Positions 28,365-39,326 of a DNA stretch of 64,000 nt are shown here, piece after piece; positions within the stretch are counted from its first letter, which is position 1; each line of letters begins with the position of its first letter. The notes under the pieces are model-generated. The model did no database searches. It was not told the origin of the DNA and worked only from the letters and a program-made list of their open reading frames with translations. Origin of the DNA: Patescibacteria group bacterium (GTDB lineage: Bacteria > Patescibacteriota > Patescibacteriia > JAHIZJ01); assembly GCA_028714495.1 (NCBI GenBank), contig JAQTMH010000005.1:32840-96839 (forward strand). The letters run 5' to 3'. The translations under genes were made by a program, and so were the position numbers.

Positions 28365-28832
28365 ATGAAGCGAAAAATATTAACCGAAGGCGATCCCAGG
28401 CTTAGAAAAAAATCACTGATTATATCGAATTTCAAAGATTCAACCCTTAAATCTCTGACCCAGGATTTGACCCAAACTATGTACGAAGAGGACGGAGTGG
28501 GTATCGCGGCGCCCCAAGTCGGACAAAATGTGAGGTTAATCGTCGTTTCAACCAAGGACAAACCACTGGTGCTAATTAACCCGGTAATCATAAGTAAATC
28601 CTGGCGCAAGGAGACGCTCGAAGAGGGTTGTTTAAGCGTACCAGGAGTTTATGGCCTGGTTAAGCGTTCCAAGAATATAAAAGCCACCTATCAAGACAAA
28701 AATGGCGTGAATCACGATCTAGATGCTAAGGGCCTGCTCGCCCGCGTAATTCAACATGAAGTGGATCATCTCGACGGGATACTCTTTATTGACCGCGTAA
28801 AAAATTATCGTTCGAAGAGATCAGCAAAATGA
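28365..28832 (+). CDS. def: peptide deformylase
   Basis: GIAAPQVG, EGCLSVPG and QHEVDHLDG motifs. Confidence 0.9.
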   Translation: MKRKILTEGDPRLRKKSLIISNFKDSTLKSLTQDLTQTMYEEDGVGIAAPQVGQNVRLIVVSTKDKPLVLINPVIISKSWRKETLEEGCLSVPGVYGLVKRSKNIKATYQDKNGVNHDLDAKGLLARVIQHEVDHLDGILFIDRVKNYRSKRSAK

Positions 28833-29767
28833 AGAATAATCCACGAATTATTTTCTTTGGAACGCCGGAAATTGCCGTGCCGTTTTTGGTTGCCCTGGTA
28901 AAATCAAAATTCAATATCATCGCGGTTGTCACCCAGCCAGACCGTCCAGCTGGGAGAAATAATGTTTTGACGCCGTCGCCGGTGAAAAGCATCGCCTTAT
29001 CTCACCGCCTGCCGGTTCTTCAGTTTTCCACCCTAAAATCAGTTGAAGTTTTCAATAGCCTCAAATCTCTAAAACCGGATTTGTTCATAGTTATGGCTTT
29101 CGGTTTATTATTTCCCCAAAAAATTCTCGATCTCACTCCCCTAGGTTGTTTGAATATTCATCCATCCCTTTTGCCAAAATATCGCGGAGCCAGTCCGATT
29201 CAGTCGCAGATTTTGTCCGGAGAAAAATTGTCCGGTTTGACCATAATGAAAATGGACGCCGGGCTTGATAGCGGCCCCGTGCTTGAAATCATGGAATTCC
29301 CGCTCGATAATTTTGAGACTTCGATTACTCTGACTCAAAAAATTACTAAACTCGGACCTGATTTTCTTATTGAAACCTTAAAAAATTATTTAGACGGGAA
29401 AATCATAGCTCGGCCTCAAGACAAATCACAGGCTACGATTACTAAAATCATTGAAAAAGCTGACGGTCGAATCGATTGGTCCAAGCCGGTCGAAGAGATC
29501 GAACGTCAAATTAGAGCCTATCAGCCCTGGCCCGGAAGTTATACTTTTTGGGATAATTTGAAAATCGAGATAATAAAAGCCTCGGTCGCCGATATCCCAA
29601 CAACCGAAAAATCAGGCACGGTGATTCAAAAAGACGCTGATGTTTACATAGCAACCGGCAAAAATATTCTGCGCATCGAAGAATTAAAACCAGCCTCGAA
29701 AAAAACCATGGCCGTCGTAGATTTTGTCCGGGGCCATCCTAATTTTATTGGCTCAAGTTTAACTTAA
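28829..29767 (+). CDS. fmt: methionyl-tRNA formyltransferase
   Basis: IIFFGTPE N-terminus and HPSLLPKYRGASPIQ motif. Overlaps def in the typical way. Confidence 0.9.
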   Translation: MKNNPRIIFFGTPEIAVPFLVALVKSKFNIIAVVTQPDRPAGRNNVLTPSPVKSIALSHRLPVLQFSTLKSVEVFNSLKSLKPDLFIVMAFGLLFPQKILDLTPLGCLNIHPSLLPKYRGASPIQSQILSGEKLSGLTIMKMDAGLDSGPVLEIMEFPLDNFETSITLTQKITKLGPDFLIETLKNYLDGKIIARPQDKSQATITKIIEKADGRIDWSKPVEEIERQIRAYQPWPGSYTFWDNLKIEIIKASVADIPTTEKSGTVIQKDADVYIATGKNILRIEELKPASKKTMAVVDFVRGHPNFIGSSLT

Positions 29768-31252
29768 TTATCTGCGAAACTTTTCCGTTACTCTAAAGCC
29801 TAGGTACTTCCCCAGCATCAGCCTGGTCTGAGCCTCTGTCGCCGGCAATGAACCAAAGGCAATCATGCAGAACGGAAACAGCAGCCACTGTAAAACCATT
29901 ATCAAAATCTTGGGCGAGCGCATCTTTATCCCTTTGTGCGGCAGAAAATACACGCTTAAGGCGGCGCTCACGAATAATCCAACCATCGCTCCGCCCATCA
30001 GATATTTAAGAACTTGCGGAGCGTTTTGACCGATAATGCTGGTCTGGACCTCGATCGAGCTCAGCCGTAGAGGCAAATAACCCAGCACGAAGATGATGAC
30101 CGGAGCGGTTGCCCAGGAATACATGCCCTCGGTTAAATTCCATAAATATCTGAATTTCGTTAAAAACGGAATCTTTTTATTTTTGGAGAAGTTCCAGATC
30201 AAATAGGGAAAATGCTCCACGCCCCAAGCCCAGCGTCGCTGCTGTTTGTAAAGATTTTCAAAGCCCTTCCAAATATTTTTACCGGCCACGGCATCCATCG
30301 ATATCGGCAAATGCAGTGATTTTACCCGATAATCGCCGTCGTAGTGCAGAAGACCCTGGAGGAAGATTCTCGAATCCTCGGTGACAATGTCATTTTGCCA
30401 GAAACCGACATCGACCAGGGTTTTAAAGCTCATGCTGTGCGAGGAAAATGTGAATAATCTTTCCGGCCGCAGTTGCTCGCTCATCAGCCAAAAAGTTGTG
30501 CTGTTTGAAACTACGCGCATTATCGCCGGTACATTCCAAATATTGTTATTAAACAATGGCACGGGCTGATAGCTATAATGAGTCGGGTTTGGCGTGGTCA
30601 AATAATGATAGGTTACGTAACTGAAATATTGCCGGTGAGCGCAGCTGTCCACGTCAAACGAGGAAACAATGATATTTTCATAAGGAATCCCGATTTCATC
30701 AACTACCTTTTGGGCAATATGGCCGCCCCAGGCCGTGTTTGATCCTTTGCCCGGCACCTCTCCAGGTAAATCTTTCGGATGAAGCGAAACAATAAAACGC
30801 AAGAATTTATCGCTGAATTCTCTTTTTAAAATTTCAGCGTTTTTTAAGGCCTCTTCCCTATCTCGTTCCTCAATACAAAAAACCACTAGGATACGTTCAT
30901 GCGGATAATCAACATCGGCTAGGCTTTGAAAACTCATGCGCAAAACTTCCAGTGGTTCCTTATAAGTAGGCATGAAAATTAAATGATAGATCTTTTCATA
31001 ACCTTTGATATTTTCAATTTTTTGACGCCAGTTTATTTTCGAATCTCTTCGGAAATTCCTAAATGATAAAATGATATAAATTATTAAATAAACGACTCTA
31101 ATCAGCCAGTACAAATCGAAAACCACAATAAAATAAACCGCCCAGAGCGGCTTGATGAATATTAATAAGATGATGCCAATGAATGTCAGCCAGATGGCGC
31201 TGCCGGGAATTATCTCGAGAATCCGATATTTGACGTAATCAGAAAGCCTCAT
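29768..31252 (-). CDS. membrane-bound processive family-2 glycosyltransferase (cellulose/chitin-synthase-like)
   Basis: N-terminal TM helices, a GT2 core, and the QQRRWAWG (QxxRW) motif followed by C-terminal TMs. Confidence 0.7.
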   Translation of the reverse strand: MRLSDYVKYRILEIIPGSAIWLTFIGIILLIFIKPLWAVYFIVVFDLYWLIRVVYLIIYIILSFRNFRRDSKINWRQKIENIKGYEKIYHLIFMPTYKEPLEVLRMSFQSLADVDYPHERILVVFCIEERDREEALKNAEILKREFSDKFLRFIVSLHPKDLPGEVPGKGSNTAWGGHIAQKVVDEIGIPYENIIVSSFDVDSCAHRQYFSYVTYHYLTTPNPTHYSYQPVPLFNNNIWNVPAIMRVVSNSTTFWLMSEQLRPERLFTFSSHSMSFKTLVDVGFWQNDIVTEDSRIFLQGLLHYDGDYRVKSLHLPISMDAVAGKNIWKGFENLYKQQRRWAWGVEHFPYLIWNFSKNKKIPFLTKFRYLWNLTEGMYSWATAPVIIFVLGYLPLRLSSIEVQTSIIGQNAPQVLKYLMGGAMVGLFVSAALSVYFLPHKGIKMRSPKILIMVLQWLLFPFCMIAFGSLPATEAQTRLMLGKYLGFRVTEKFRR

Positions 31253-31264
31253 GGAATGTTTGTC

Positions 31265-32491
31265 TTATTCGTATCTTAGGGCTTCGATCGGATTTTTTCG
31301 AGCGGCTTTTGTCGCCGGCGCGATGCCAAAGATAATACCGACCGCGACGGAAAATCCCATCGCAATAATTATCGACTGGACATTCACGATAATGGATAAA
31401 TCGAACTGTTTTTTTACCACGAAACTGACGACGGCCGCTAGACCAACTCCGACTATGCCGCCCAGTAACGATAAGATCACTGATTCCGTCAAAAATTGCG
31501 TTAAGATATGACTGCCTGAAGCGCCGACCGCTTTCCGTAAGCCTATTTCACGCGTTCTTTCCATGACGGCAACCAGCATGATATTCATTATTCCGATACC
31601 GCCGACCAGGAGTGAAATAGAAGCCAGGCCAACGATTGCCTTCGTAATTAAGCCGAGCACGTTATCAACGACCTTTAATAAATCATTCTGAGTAAAAACC
31701 GTCGTATCGTCGGCACCATGGAGCTCTTGAAGCTTAGCCTGTACCTCTTTTGCCACCACCTTAACATCCGCGTTGTCACTCGCCTTTAAACCAATTCGAA
31801 ATATTTGAGTATTTGGATTTATGCTTTTGGCGGTCTTGAAAGGAATGGCAACTAATCCAATGGACGTATTGCCACCGCCCATTAGCGAATTTGTTTGAGC
31901 CGTTTCCACCGTCCCAACAACCGTAAAATCAACCTTACTGATTGTTACCGTCTTGCCCAAAACGTTTACCGCTTCCTCATTCGGGAAAAGCGCTGCGCAA
32001 GCGTCTTTCCCCAATACTACTGTTTTTGCGTATTGATCATTTTCCGACTGGGTAAAGAGACGCCCGGCTGTCAAATTATATGTCTTAGTAAATTCAAAAA
32101 AGCTTGGTTCGATTGCGAGCACCATCGCGCCTTGAGCCTGATTATTGCCAGCTGACGGCACGGCCGTCATGATTCCGATCGGCGTGACTCCTACAATATC
32201 CGGTAATTTCTTCAAGGCCGTTAGGTCGGCCTCTGTTAACGTTGACGCGCCGATCGCCGCGCTGGGATTGAATCCACCCTGGCTGTTTTGAACTTTGCCT
32301 GATATTACAATCAATATATTAGAGCCAAGCTGAGTAATTTCATTCGTAATATCCTGCTTTATCCCCTGCCCTAAACCGATAAGCACGATGATCTGCATGA
32401 CTCCGATAATGATTCCCAGCATAGTTAAAAAAGATCGCATCTTGCTTACTTTTAGACTGACTAGGGCCATTTTGATATTCGAGAATATCAT
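31265..32491 (-). CDS. ABC transporter permease, MacB/FtsX family
   Basis: N-terminal TM, a large periplasmic domain and C-terminal FtsX-like TMs. Coupled to the ATPase at 32488. Confidence 0.75.
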   Translation of the reverse strand: MIFSNIKMALVSLKVSKMRSFLTMLGIIIGVMQIIVLIGLGQGIKQDITNEITQLGSNILIVISGKVQNSQGGFNPSAAIGASTLTEADLTALKKLPDIVGVTPIGIMTAVPSAGNNQAQGAMVLAIEPSFFEFTKTYNLTAGRLFTQSENDQYAKTVVLGKDACAALFPNEEAVNVLGKTVTISKVDFTVVGTVETAQTNSLMGGGNTSIGLVAIPFKTAKSINPNTQIFRIGLKASDNADVKVVAKEVQAKLQELHGADDTTVFTQNDLLKVVDNVLGLITKAIVGLASISLLVGGIGIMNIMLVAVMERTREIGLRKAVGASGSHILTQFLTESVILSLLGGIVGVGLAAVVSFVVKKQFDLSIIVNVQSIIIAMGFSVAVGIIFGIAPATKAARKNPIEALRYE

Positions 32492-33192
32492 GATTTTTGC
32501 CCTCCTTCGGTCAAGACGCCGTCAGCCATGAAAAAATGCCGCTGGGCAAAATCCGCGATATTCTGATCGTGAGTCACCAGCAAGATTGTCCGACCCTGGC
32601 GGTTTAGCTCGGCTAGGGCCTCCATGATTTCGCGGCCTGACTTCGAATCCAGATTTCCAGTCGGCTCGTCCGCCAAAATAATGCTGGGATTGTTCGCCAG
32701 CGCCCGGGCAATTGCCACGCGCTGTTTTTCTCCGCCGGACAGCTTGGTCGGCAAGTAATTGCGACGCTGGGTTAATTTAACCAGGCCAAGCAGTTCGTCA
32801 ACCCTATCCTTTTGTTTATTGGACTGAACGCGGCTATACATCAGCGGCATCTGAACATTTTGGAAAACTGACAATCTGGGCAATAGGTTGAAGGTCTGAA
32901 AAATAAAGCCTATTTCCTTGCGCCGGATAGCTGGCAGACGCGACTTGCCCAGCGAGGTTATCTCGACTCCGTTTAATTGATAACTGCCTGTATCAGCCAC
33001 GTCTAAAATACCGATTATATTGAGCAGGGTTGATTTACCCGATCCTGACGGACCCATGATTGAAATAAACTCGCCGGGTTCAACGCTAAACGACACGTTT
33101 TTCAGGGCCTGAAAGGCTGTTGGCGTGTCTTGATTGTATGATTTATTGATGTTTTCCAGTCTAAGTATTGGCATAAATATTTGATGTCCCAA
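32488..33192 (-). CDS. ABC transporter ATP-binding protein (MacB/LolD-like)
   Basis: Walker A GPSGSGKST, signature LSGGEKQRVAIARAL, Walker B ILLADEPT. Confidence 0.85.
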   Translation of the reverse strand: MGHQIFMPILRLENINKSYNQDTPTAFQALKNVSFSVEPGEFISIMGPSGSGKSTLLNIIGILDVADTGSYQLNGVEITSLGKSRLPAIRRKEIGFIFQTFNLLPRLSVFQNVQMPLMYSRVQSNKQKDRVDELLGLVKLTQRRNYLPTKLSGGEKQRVAIARALANNPSIILADEPTGNLDSKSGREIMEALAELNRQGRTILLVTHDQNIADFAQRHFFMADGVLTEGGQKS

Positions 33193-33253
33193 GTATCTAG
33201 CTTAGCAAAAAAATAGCCAATCTTCAAGTAAAAGATTTTTTGCCGATTTCGTA

Positions 33254-33670
33254 CTACTGGTCATGAAAATGATATGACTCGTTGAGCCAGCCAATAAGCT
33301 CACGGTCAATTTCTTTTTTACTCTTTATTTCCAGAAAGTAGAGGTAACGATTGGCTGACATGCGCAAGGTCTTCCAGAAACGCCGGCTTTTGAGGGGATT
33401 GGCAACGCGGAAATCAATTCGAATCCGGTCTTTCATGGCCCAGGCCGCGCCAAAGGTATAGCTGCTGACCAAATGAATGCAGCACGGCAAAGATTCAATC
33501 TTCACCGAACCAATGGCCGTTGTAATCCGTTTTTTCAAATGGCCAAAAAGTTCCTTGGCCAGCAGTTTATCTTTAAAGTGCTTGGCCAGCGGATAAATAA
33601 CGCATGAATGCTGCTGGTTTTTCTTGGCGAACTCCCGGTGACACCTGGAACATTGCCACGACTTGGACAT
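33254..33670 (-). CDS. hypothetical protein with N-terminal CxxC..H..C motif
   Basis: 138 aa with CSRC..HSC near the N-terminus. No family recognised. Confidence 0.4.
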   Translation of the reverse strand: MSKSWQCSRCHREFAKKNQQHSCVIYPLAKHFKDKLLAKELFGHLKKRITTAIGSVKIESLPCCIHLVSSYTFGAAWAMKDRIRIDFRVANPLKSRRFWKTLRMSANRYLYFLEIKSKKEIDRELIGWLNESYHFHDQ

Positions 33671-34041
33671 AGAATATTAATTAGTTATTAATGTTTCTTG
33701 CCTTAATTTATCAATCACATGTCTTTTTAATCATATCTCAGTTTTCCCCTATGGGCAAACCAGCTAAATCAAAAAACCCTTTATGAGAGGGTTCCAATTA
33801 ACTGCTGACGAGCGCCGCGTGCGATCCGATTAGCCGCTCTTTGATTTGGGCTGGACGCTTCCGCGTTACATAACTCTATTCGGCAAAACTGATACTGCTT
33901 GGGTTTTTAGCGCTTAGTGAATTACTTCGCGACACCGCTAATTCGCGCGTGCCTGTATGACTTTCTGAAGTGCGAGAAAACCTGCGAATACTTGAAAAGG
34001 TATGATAGCATGGATTAGAAAGCGTGTCAAGCGCCGCCCGG

Positions 34042-34530
34042 CTAGCCTGGTTCAAACGCTTCGTCAATGTTGTTTTGAGAATATATATTATGCCAGATTG
34101 TTTCTGGTCGCGAGAAAAAGCCAAGTATCGGAATCAGATATTCGACGTATTGTCGGCAAGATCTTTCGTCTCGCCACTCATAGATACCAGCATAGTTTTT
34201 AGTTTTTTGATCAACCAGCCAGAGCTTAATCCGAAAGCCCGCCAGTCCAGACCAAAAAGGCGTTGTGATGATGCAAATACGCTGAAATAGCCAATGCCAG
34301 ACCTTGTTTGAACCAATCCACTTCAAACGAAATCCTACAACCAAATGGACGGGCTTTTCGTTGCCCGGATTTATCTTTACGGTTTCTCTAAAAACAGAGA
34401 ATTTCCCCGCTGCTCCAAGATTATATGTTTTACCTAATCGATTGCTTCGTAACCGCAATGAAGTTATCCAAAGATATGGAAATCGTAGAAAAGAAGAAAT
34501 CGCAAGCCAGAATCTGTTTGGGGCCGTCAT
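34042..34530 (-). CDS. hypothetical Trp-rich protein
   Basis: Longest ORF in an otherwise unassigned 0.9 kb stretch. Start moved to an internal Met to avoid overlapping the flavodoxin gene. Confidence 0.3.
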   Translation of the reverse strand: MTAPNRFWLAISSFLRFPYLWITSLRLRSNRLGKTYNLGAAGKFSVFRETVKINPGNEKPVHLVVGFRLKWIGSNKVWHWLFQRICIITTPFWSGLAGFRIKLWLVDQKTKNYAGIYEWRDERSCRQYVEYLIPILGFFSRPETIWHNIYSQNNIDEAFEPG

Positions 34531-34534
34531 GTAT

Positions 34535-34969
34535 TCAAACTCTAAGGCATAAACCACTGCCCCACTCTTTCGCTCTCTCGACCTCCCCATCTTTTAACGG
34601 CCCCTCCTTACCCAAAACGATAAAACGCATTTTTCCGACAGCCTTGCAACCGACTTGCGCAAGCTTCTTAGAGATCCTCCCAGCTCCATCTCCCGCGTAC
34701 CACTTTTTCAAACCAGTATCAAAAGCCGCGGTTTTTAAACCGGGTACGTTGGCTGATTTTATTACGTCAAACACTTTCCCAAATCCCGGCGCGTAATTCC
34801 AGGCAATGGTTGGCGATCCCACAAAAGCAAAATCAACGTCTTTAAGCATTTCGGCGGTTAGTTCATCGGCTTTAACAAGACGGGATTCTGGACCGGTTGC
34901 CTCGACAATCGCTTCAGCGATCTTTTTAGTGTTGCCGAAAGTCGACGTATACACAATAAGCTTACTCAT
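34535..34969 (-). CDS. flavodoxin-family protein
   Basis: MSKLIVYTSTFGNTKKIAEAI matches the flavodoxin FMN-loop N-terminus. 144 aa. Confidence 0.6.
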   Translation of the reverse strand: MSKLIVYTSTFGNTKKIAEAIVEATGPESRLVKADELTAEMLKDVDFAFVGSPTIAWNYAPGFGKVFDVIKSANVPGLKTAAFDTGLKKWYAGDGAGRISKKLAQVGCKAVGKMRFIVLGKEGPLKDGEVERAKEWGSGLCLRV

Positions 34970-34974
34970 CTCGA

Positions 34975-37602
34975 TTAATCCTTAATAATTATTTTACCCT
35001 TATCGGCATCTATTATAACCTTTTTTCCCGAAGTAATCTTGCCTGAAACCATTTCCAGGGCGAGCGGGTCGAGAATCCTCTGTTGAATTATCCTTTTAAG
35101 CGGACGCGCGCCAAAAGTCGGCTCATAGCCTTCTTGGGCCAGGAGTTTTTTCGCCTGTTCGGTTATCTTGATTATCACCTTTTTCACTTTCAACCGCGCG
35201 ATCACTTTATCCATTTGAAGCTCGACAATCTTTAGAATATGTTCCTGCTTCAAGCTGTGGAATATAATGGTTTCATCGACGCGATTTAGAAATTCGGGCT
35301 TGAAATGGCTTTTCAGCATTTCCTTAATCTTTTGTCGCATCAGGGTTTCCGGATCATCGCCTTTTATCTTATCCGCGAAACCCAGACCTCCCCGGGTAGC
35401 CAAATCGAGAATAACGTCAGAGCCGATGTTCGACGTCATGATGATAACCGTGTTTTTGAAATTAACCACTCGGCCCTTGGCATCAGTCATCCGCCCGTCA
35501 TCCATTATCTGCAGCAGCATATTAAAAACGTCCGGGTGGGCTTTTTCTATTTCATCGAAGAGGATAACTGAGTATGGCCGGCGGCGCACCATTTCCGTCA
35601 GTTGCCCGCCTTCTTCATATCCGACATAGCCTGGCGGCGAACCGATGATTTTCGAGACCGAATGCCGCTCCATGTATTCCGACATATCCAGACGGATCAT
35701 CGCGTCCTCGTCATTGAACATGAATTCAGCCAGCGCCCGCGCCAATTCTGTTTTACCCACGCCGGTCGGACCGAGAAAAATAAATGAGCCGATTGGCCGA
35801 TTCTCTTCTGAAATCCCAGCGCGCGAACGCCTAACCGCGTTAGCCACGGCCATGATCGCCTCTTCCTGTCCGACCACCCGCTTAGCCAGTTCTGTTTCCA
35901 TCCGGGCGAGTTTATGCGACTCGCTTTCAAGCATTTTAGAAACCGGGATTCCAGTCCAGCGCGAAACCACCTCGGCGATATCTTCTTCGCATACCTCCTC
36001 TTTCAATATCGATTCCTGCTTTTGCAATTTTTGCAGTTTAGCCTCGGCTTGCTTCATCTTTTTTTCCAATTCGGGAATCCGGCCGTAGCGTATCTCAGCC
36101 ACGCGATCTAGCTCGCTTTTCCTCTCGGCCATTTCCGACTCGCCGCGGAGTTTTTCAATCATCGATTTTGACTGGCGAATTTCAGCAATTATGCCTCTTT
36201 CCGCCTGCCATTGAATTTCCAGTTTATCGGCGTCCTCCTTTATCGCCGCCCGCTCTTTTTTTAAAAGTTTAAGCCGCTCTTTTGAATCAGTGTCCGTCTC
36301 TTTTGACAAGGCCTTTTTCTCGATATCAAGCTGGAGCAATTTTCGTTTGAGCTTATCCAGCTCCTCCGGCATCGAATCAATTTCCAGACGCAAAGCCGAA
36401 GTCGCTTCATCAATCAAATCAACGGCCTTGTCAGGTAAAAACCTATCAGAGATATAGCGCGCCGACAGCTCGACCGCCGCTACAATAGCCGGATCAGTTA
36501 TTCTGACGCCATGGTGTACCTCGTATTTCTCCTTTAAGCCGCGTAAAATCGCTACCGCGTCTGGTATTGACGGCTCAGCGACATAAACGGGCTGGAAACG
36601 CCTTTCCAGGGCGGCATCGCGTTCTATATGCTTCTGGTACTCTTTCAGCGTTGTAGCGCCAATTGCATGCAAATCACCGCGTGCCAAAGCGGGCTTAAGC
36701 ATGTTAGAGGCGTCAATCGCGCCTTCAGCACCACCGGCTCCCACGATTGTGTGTAATTCGTCTATAAAGAGAATAATTCCGCCCTCAGCGGCTTTTATTT
36801 CCTTAAGCACCGCTTTCAGACGGTCTTCAAACTCACCTCGGAATTTCGATCCCGCCACTAATGAACCCATATCCAGGGCTACCACCTCCTTGTTTTTTAA
36901 TCCTTCTGGCACGTCTCCCGAAACAATCCTTTGGGCCAGGCCTTCGACTATCGCCGTCTTTCCGGTTCCTGGTTCGCCGATCAAAACTGGATTGTTCTTT
37001 GTCCGCCTCGAGAGTACCTGCATCAGCCGGCGGATTTCGTCATTTCGGCCGATTACCGGGTCAAGCTTTTTCAGCCGTGCCAGCTGGGTCAAATTCGTGC
37101 TGTATTTTTCCAGGGCTTGATATTTGCTCTCCGGATCTTGGTCGGTTATTCTCTGCGTGCCCCGAACGTCCTTCAATACTTTTAAAACATTGTCGTGCTC
37201 TATCCCGTTTTTTAGCAATAACTCACCCGCTCGTTTATCCGCCTCAAGAATTGCCATGAACATATGTTCAGTGCCAACATATTCATCTTTTAATTTCTCC
37301 GCTTCTCTGAGCGCCTGGTCAAGAACGTTTTTAAAATCCTGGGTAATAAAAACCTGGGCGATGCCGCCAGATGGCAAGGACACCCTTGGTAATTTGTCGA
37401 TCTCGCCAAAGATATCCGTTTCCAGCTTTCCCGTATCGATGCCGAGTTTGCGCAATATCGGGGGCACGACTCCATCAGCTTGGGAGACCAGCGAAGCCAG
37501 TAAATGGTAGGTGTCTATCTGCTGCTGCTTCTTTTCCGAAGCGATCCGCTCGGCGCGTTGAATCGCCTCCTGAGCTTTTAAAGTAAAGTTATTTGGATTC
37601 AT
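34975..37602 (-). CDS. clpB: ATP-dependent chaperone ClpB (class I AAA+ disaggregase)
   Basis: Clp N domain, two AAA+ modules (GEPGTGKT and GPTGVGKT) and the middle coiled-coil. 875 aa. Confidence 0.9.
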   Translation of the reverse strand: MNPNNFTLKAQEAIQRAERIASEKKQQQIDTYHLLASLVSQADGVVPPILRKLGIDTGKLETDIFGEIDKLPRVSLPSGGIAQVFITQDFKNVLDQALREAEKLKDEYVGTEHMFMAILEADKRAGELLLKNGIEHDNVLKVLKDVRGTQRITDQDPESKYQALEKYSTNLTQLARLKKLDPVIGRNDEIRRLMQVLSRRTKNNPVLIGEPGTGKTAIVEGLAQRIVSGDVPEGLKNKEVVALDMGSLVAGSKFRGEFEDRLKAVLKEIKAAEGGIILFIDELHTIVGAGGAEGAIDASNMLKPALARGDLHAIGATTLKEYQKHIERDAALERRFQPVYVAEPSIPDAVAILRGLKEKYEVHHGVRITDPAIVAAVELSARYISDRFLPDKAVDLIDEATSALRLEIDSMPEELDKLKRKLLQLDIEKKALSKETDTDSKERLKLLKKERAAIKEDADKLEIQWQAERGIIAEIRQSKSMIEKLRGESEMAERKSELDRVAEIRYGRIPELEKKMKQAEAKLQKLQKQESILKEEVCEEDIAEVVSRWTGIPVSKMLESESHKLARMETELAKRVVGQEEAIMAVANAVRRSRAGISEENRPIGSFIFLGPTGVGKTELARALAEFMFNDEDAMIRLDMSEYMERHSVSKIIGSPPGYVGYEEGGQLTEMVRRRPYSVILFDEIEKAHPDVFNMLLQIMDDGRMTDAKGRVVNFKNTVIIMTSNIGSDVILDLATRGGLGFADKIKGDDPETLMRQKIKEMLKSHFKPEFLNRVDETIIFHSLKQEHILKIVELQMDKVIARLKVKKVIIKITEQAKKLLAQEGYEPTFGARPLKRIIQQRILDPLALEMVSGKITSGKKVIIDADKGKIIIKD

Positions 37603-37644
37603 TTTATTCTCTTAGATTATGATAATTTCATTGTAAAACCAAAA

Positions 37645-37671
37645 TTAGCACTTGTCAAGTGAGAGTGCTAA
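37645..37671. promoter_or_regulatory. CIRCE (HrcA operator) TTAGCACTt-N9-GAGTGCTAA, 45 nt upstream of clpB
   Basis: 26 of 27 positions match the consensus TTAGCACTC-N9-GAGTGCTAA, as read directly in the sequence. Confidence 0.75.
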
Positions 37672-37692
37672 TCAGCAAAAAGAAAAGGAGGG

Positions 37693-37947
37693 CTATCTTC
37701 TAGCCGCTCCCCGACCCCGATGACCATTGAATACGCCCCTGGCCCGACGCACCGCCGAGCGATACTGGCCTGGCGAAACTCTCGCGCCGCCGCGATTCAG
37801 TCGCCTGCGATCATGCTTGCCTCGCCCAATCACTCTCAGTTGGCCACCTTCTTGAAGAATGAACATCAGCGAACGGTCTTCGACTTGGATCACCACTTGT
37901 CTCGCTTCCCCTTGTCCGTCTCTATCTACGGATTCGATTCTGGCCAT
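37693..37947 (-). CDS. hypothetical small protein with Arg-rich C-terminal tail, in a GC-rich patch
   Basis: Good SD (AAAGGGAGGG) before the ATG. Local GC about 58%. Confidence 0.35.
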   Translation of the reverse strand: MARIESVDRDGQGEARQVVIQVEDRSLMFILQEGGQLRVIGRGKHDRRRLNRGGARVSPGQYRSAVRRARGVFNGHRGRGAARR

Positions 37948-38019
37948 GATCCCTCCCTTTGTTAGAAGCCCGGATATCGAATAAAGCAGTTTCTCTCAAA
38001 TATTATTTTATGTCAATAC

Positions 38020-39246
38020 CTATTGCTCGAAACCCCACCGAATCAATTCCTCAACCTCAGCCGCGCTTCGAGACCTGGTGCTTGAACCCAGGATAATGGC
38101 GGTAATTTCCTTATTCTGCTGATTCCTCGCCCGGCTCATCAGGCAATATCCGGCTTCGTCGAGATAACCGGTTTTCCCGCCAATCAGGTACAAATCCGAG
38201 TTAACCAGCAAGTTGGTGTTCTTTATTGTATGAACCCGTCCGGTGTTTTTCATGGTAAAGGTATAGGTCCGGGTAGTGGTAATCTGCGAGAGCGTAAATG
38301 AACGCAGTAACTGGTCTGATAGTTTAATCAAATCGCGAACTGTTGAAGTATTTCCAAGGTCTAAGCCGGTCGGTTCTGTGTATTTTGTATTTGTCATGCC
38401 TAATTCCCGCGCCTTATGGTTCATCTCATCAACAAACTCTTCGGTTGTCAGTCCGGTTGAACGAGCCAGGGCTTTGGCCGTATTATTCGCTGAGCCAACC
38501 AAAGTTGTATACAGCAAATCTTTGACGGTTAAAGTTTCGCCGGCTTGAACGTATAATTTCGCGCCGATAGCGTCGTCTTCGGGTTTCATCTCCACCACTT
38601 TGTCAAAACCCGGATTGTGGTCGAGCCAGACCAGCGCAGTCATCATTTTTGTCAGGCTGGCCATAGGCCTGATCGCGTCAGCATTGCCTTCGAAGAGCAC
38701 CCGGCCGGTTGCTTTATCCACGACAATTCCCGCAACTGAAGTAATTACCGGAGTCTCACTATCATCAGCCAAAACCGCCACTTGGGCAAAAGGAAAGGGC
38801 AAACGCGTTTTTACAGTCTCGGTTTTGGCGTCAAATTTAGCCGGCACTTTATGCCACTGGCCGGTTTGCCGGCTGTAAAAATAAAATTCCGGGTCATTCG
38901 CGGCTGAAGCATCATAGCCAGCCGTTAGGCCAACCGGATTAGTCAATATTTTCGGTTCAGCCACTTTAATATCGTACTGAAATATTTCACTAACCAGTTT
39001 TTTCCCGTCGGGTATTTGAAATTCGTCAGTCGAAAGCCTACGTAAATTCACCCAGGCTGGTTCAGCCAGCGTCTGCGGATATATGCCAACGCGCAAATCC
39101 TGACTATCCAGCGAAACGGTATATCCCTTTTCGATGGTCGGCTGGTCCAGATGCACCCACTGGTCAGTCAAAATTTCGGCTTTAGCCGGGACGATAAAGC
39201 CGATTATCCCGATTGAAATTAAAATGCCAACGCAATATTTCTTCAT
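38020..39246 (-). CDS. D-alanyl-D-alanine carboxypeptidase (S11, PBP5-like) with N-terminal extra domain
   Basis: SLTK (SxxK), SAN(N) and KTG motifs. Signal peptide. Confidence 0.75.
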   Translation of the reverse strand: MKKYCVGILISIGIIGFIVPAKAEILTDQWVHLDQPTIEKGYTVSLDSQDLRVGIYPQTLAEPAWVNLRRLSTDEFQIPDGKKLVSEIFQYDIKVAEPKILTNPVGLTAGYDASAANDPEFYFYSRQTGQWHKVPAKFDAKTETVKTRLPFPFAQVAVLADDSETPVITSVAGIVVDKATGRVLFEGNADAIRPMASLTKMMTALVWLDHNPGFDKVVEMKPEDDAIGAKLYVQAGETLTVKDLLYTTLVGSANNTAKALARSTGLTTEEFVDEMNHKARELGMTNTKYTEPTGLDLGNTSTVRDLIKLSDQLLRSFTLSQITTTRTYTFTMKNTGRVHTIKNTNLLVNSDLYLIGGKTGYLDEAGYCLMSRARNQQNKEITAIILGSSTRSRSAAEVEELIRWGFEQ

Positions 39247-39326
39247 ATATTTATTTTAACGCTAATTACTAAACAAAACAACCCTTTCTAGATTAGGGTT
39301 GTTTTTGCCGTTGACTTATATATTTT

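Noticed and set aside
34002-34290. + strand ORFs 34002..34202 and 34024..34290
   Set aside because: They overlap a longer minus-strand ORF. They are Arg/Lys-rich with no motifs. The coding strand of this stretch remains uncertain, so only the longest ORF is listed, at low confidence.
35267-37586. Multiple ORFs of 60-147 aa on the + strand inside clpB (for example 35267..35629, 35645..36088, 36701..37120, 37124..37510)
   Set aside because: They are antisense to a confidently identified 875-aa clpB. They have no RBS and no motifs. They are typical shadow ORFs.
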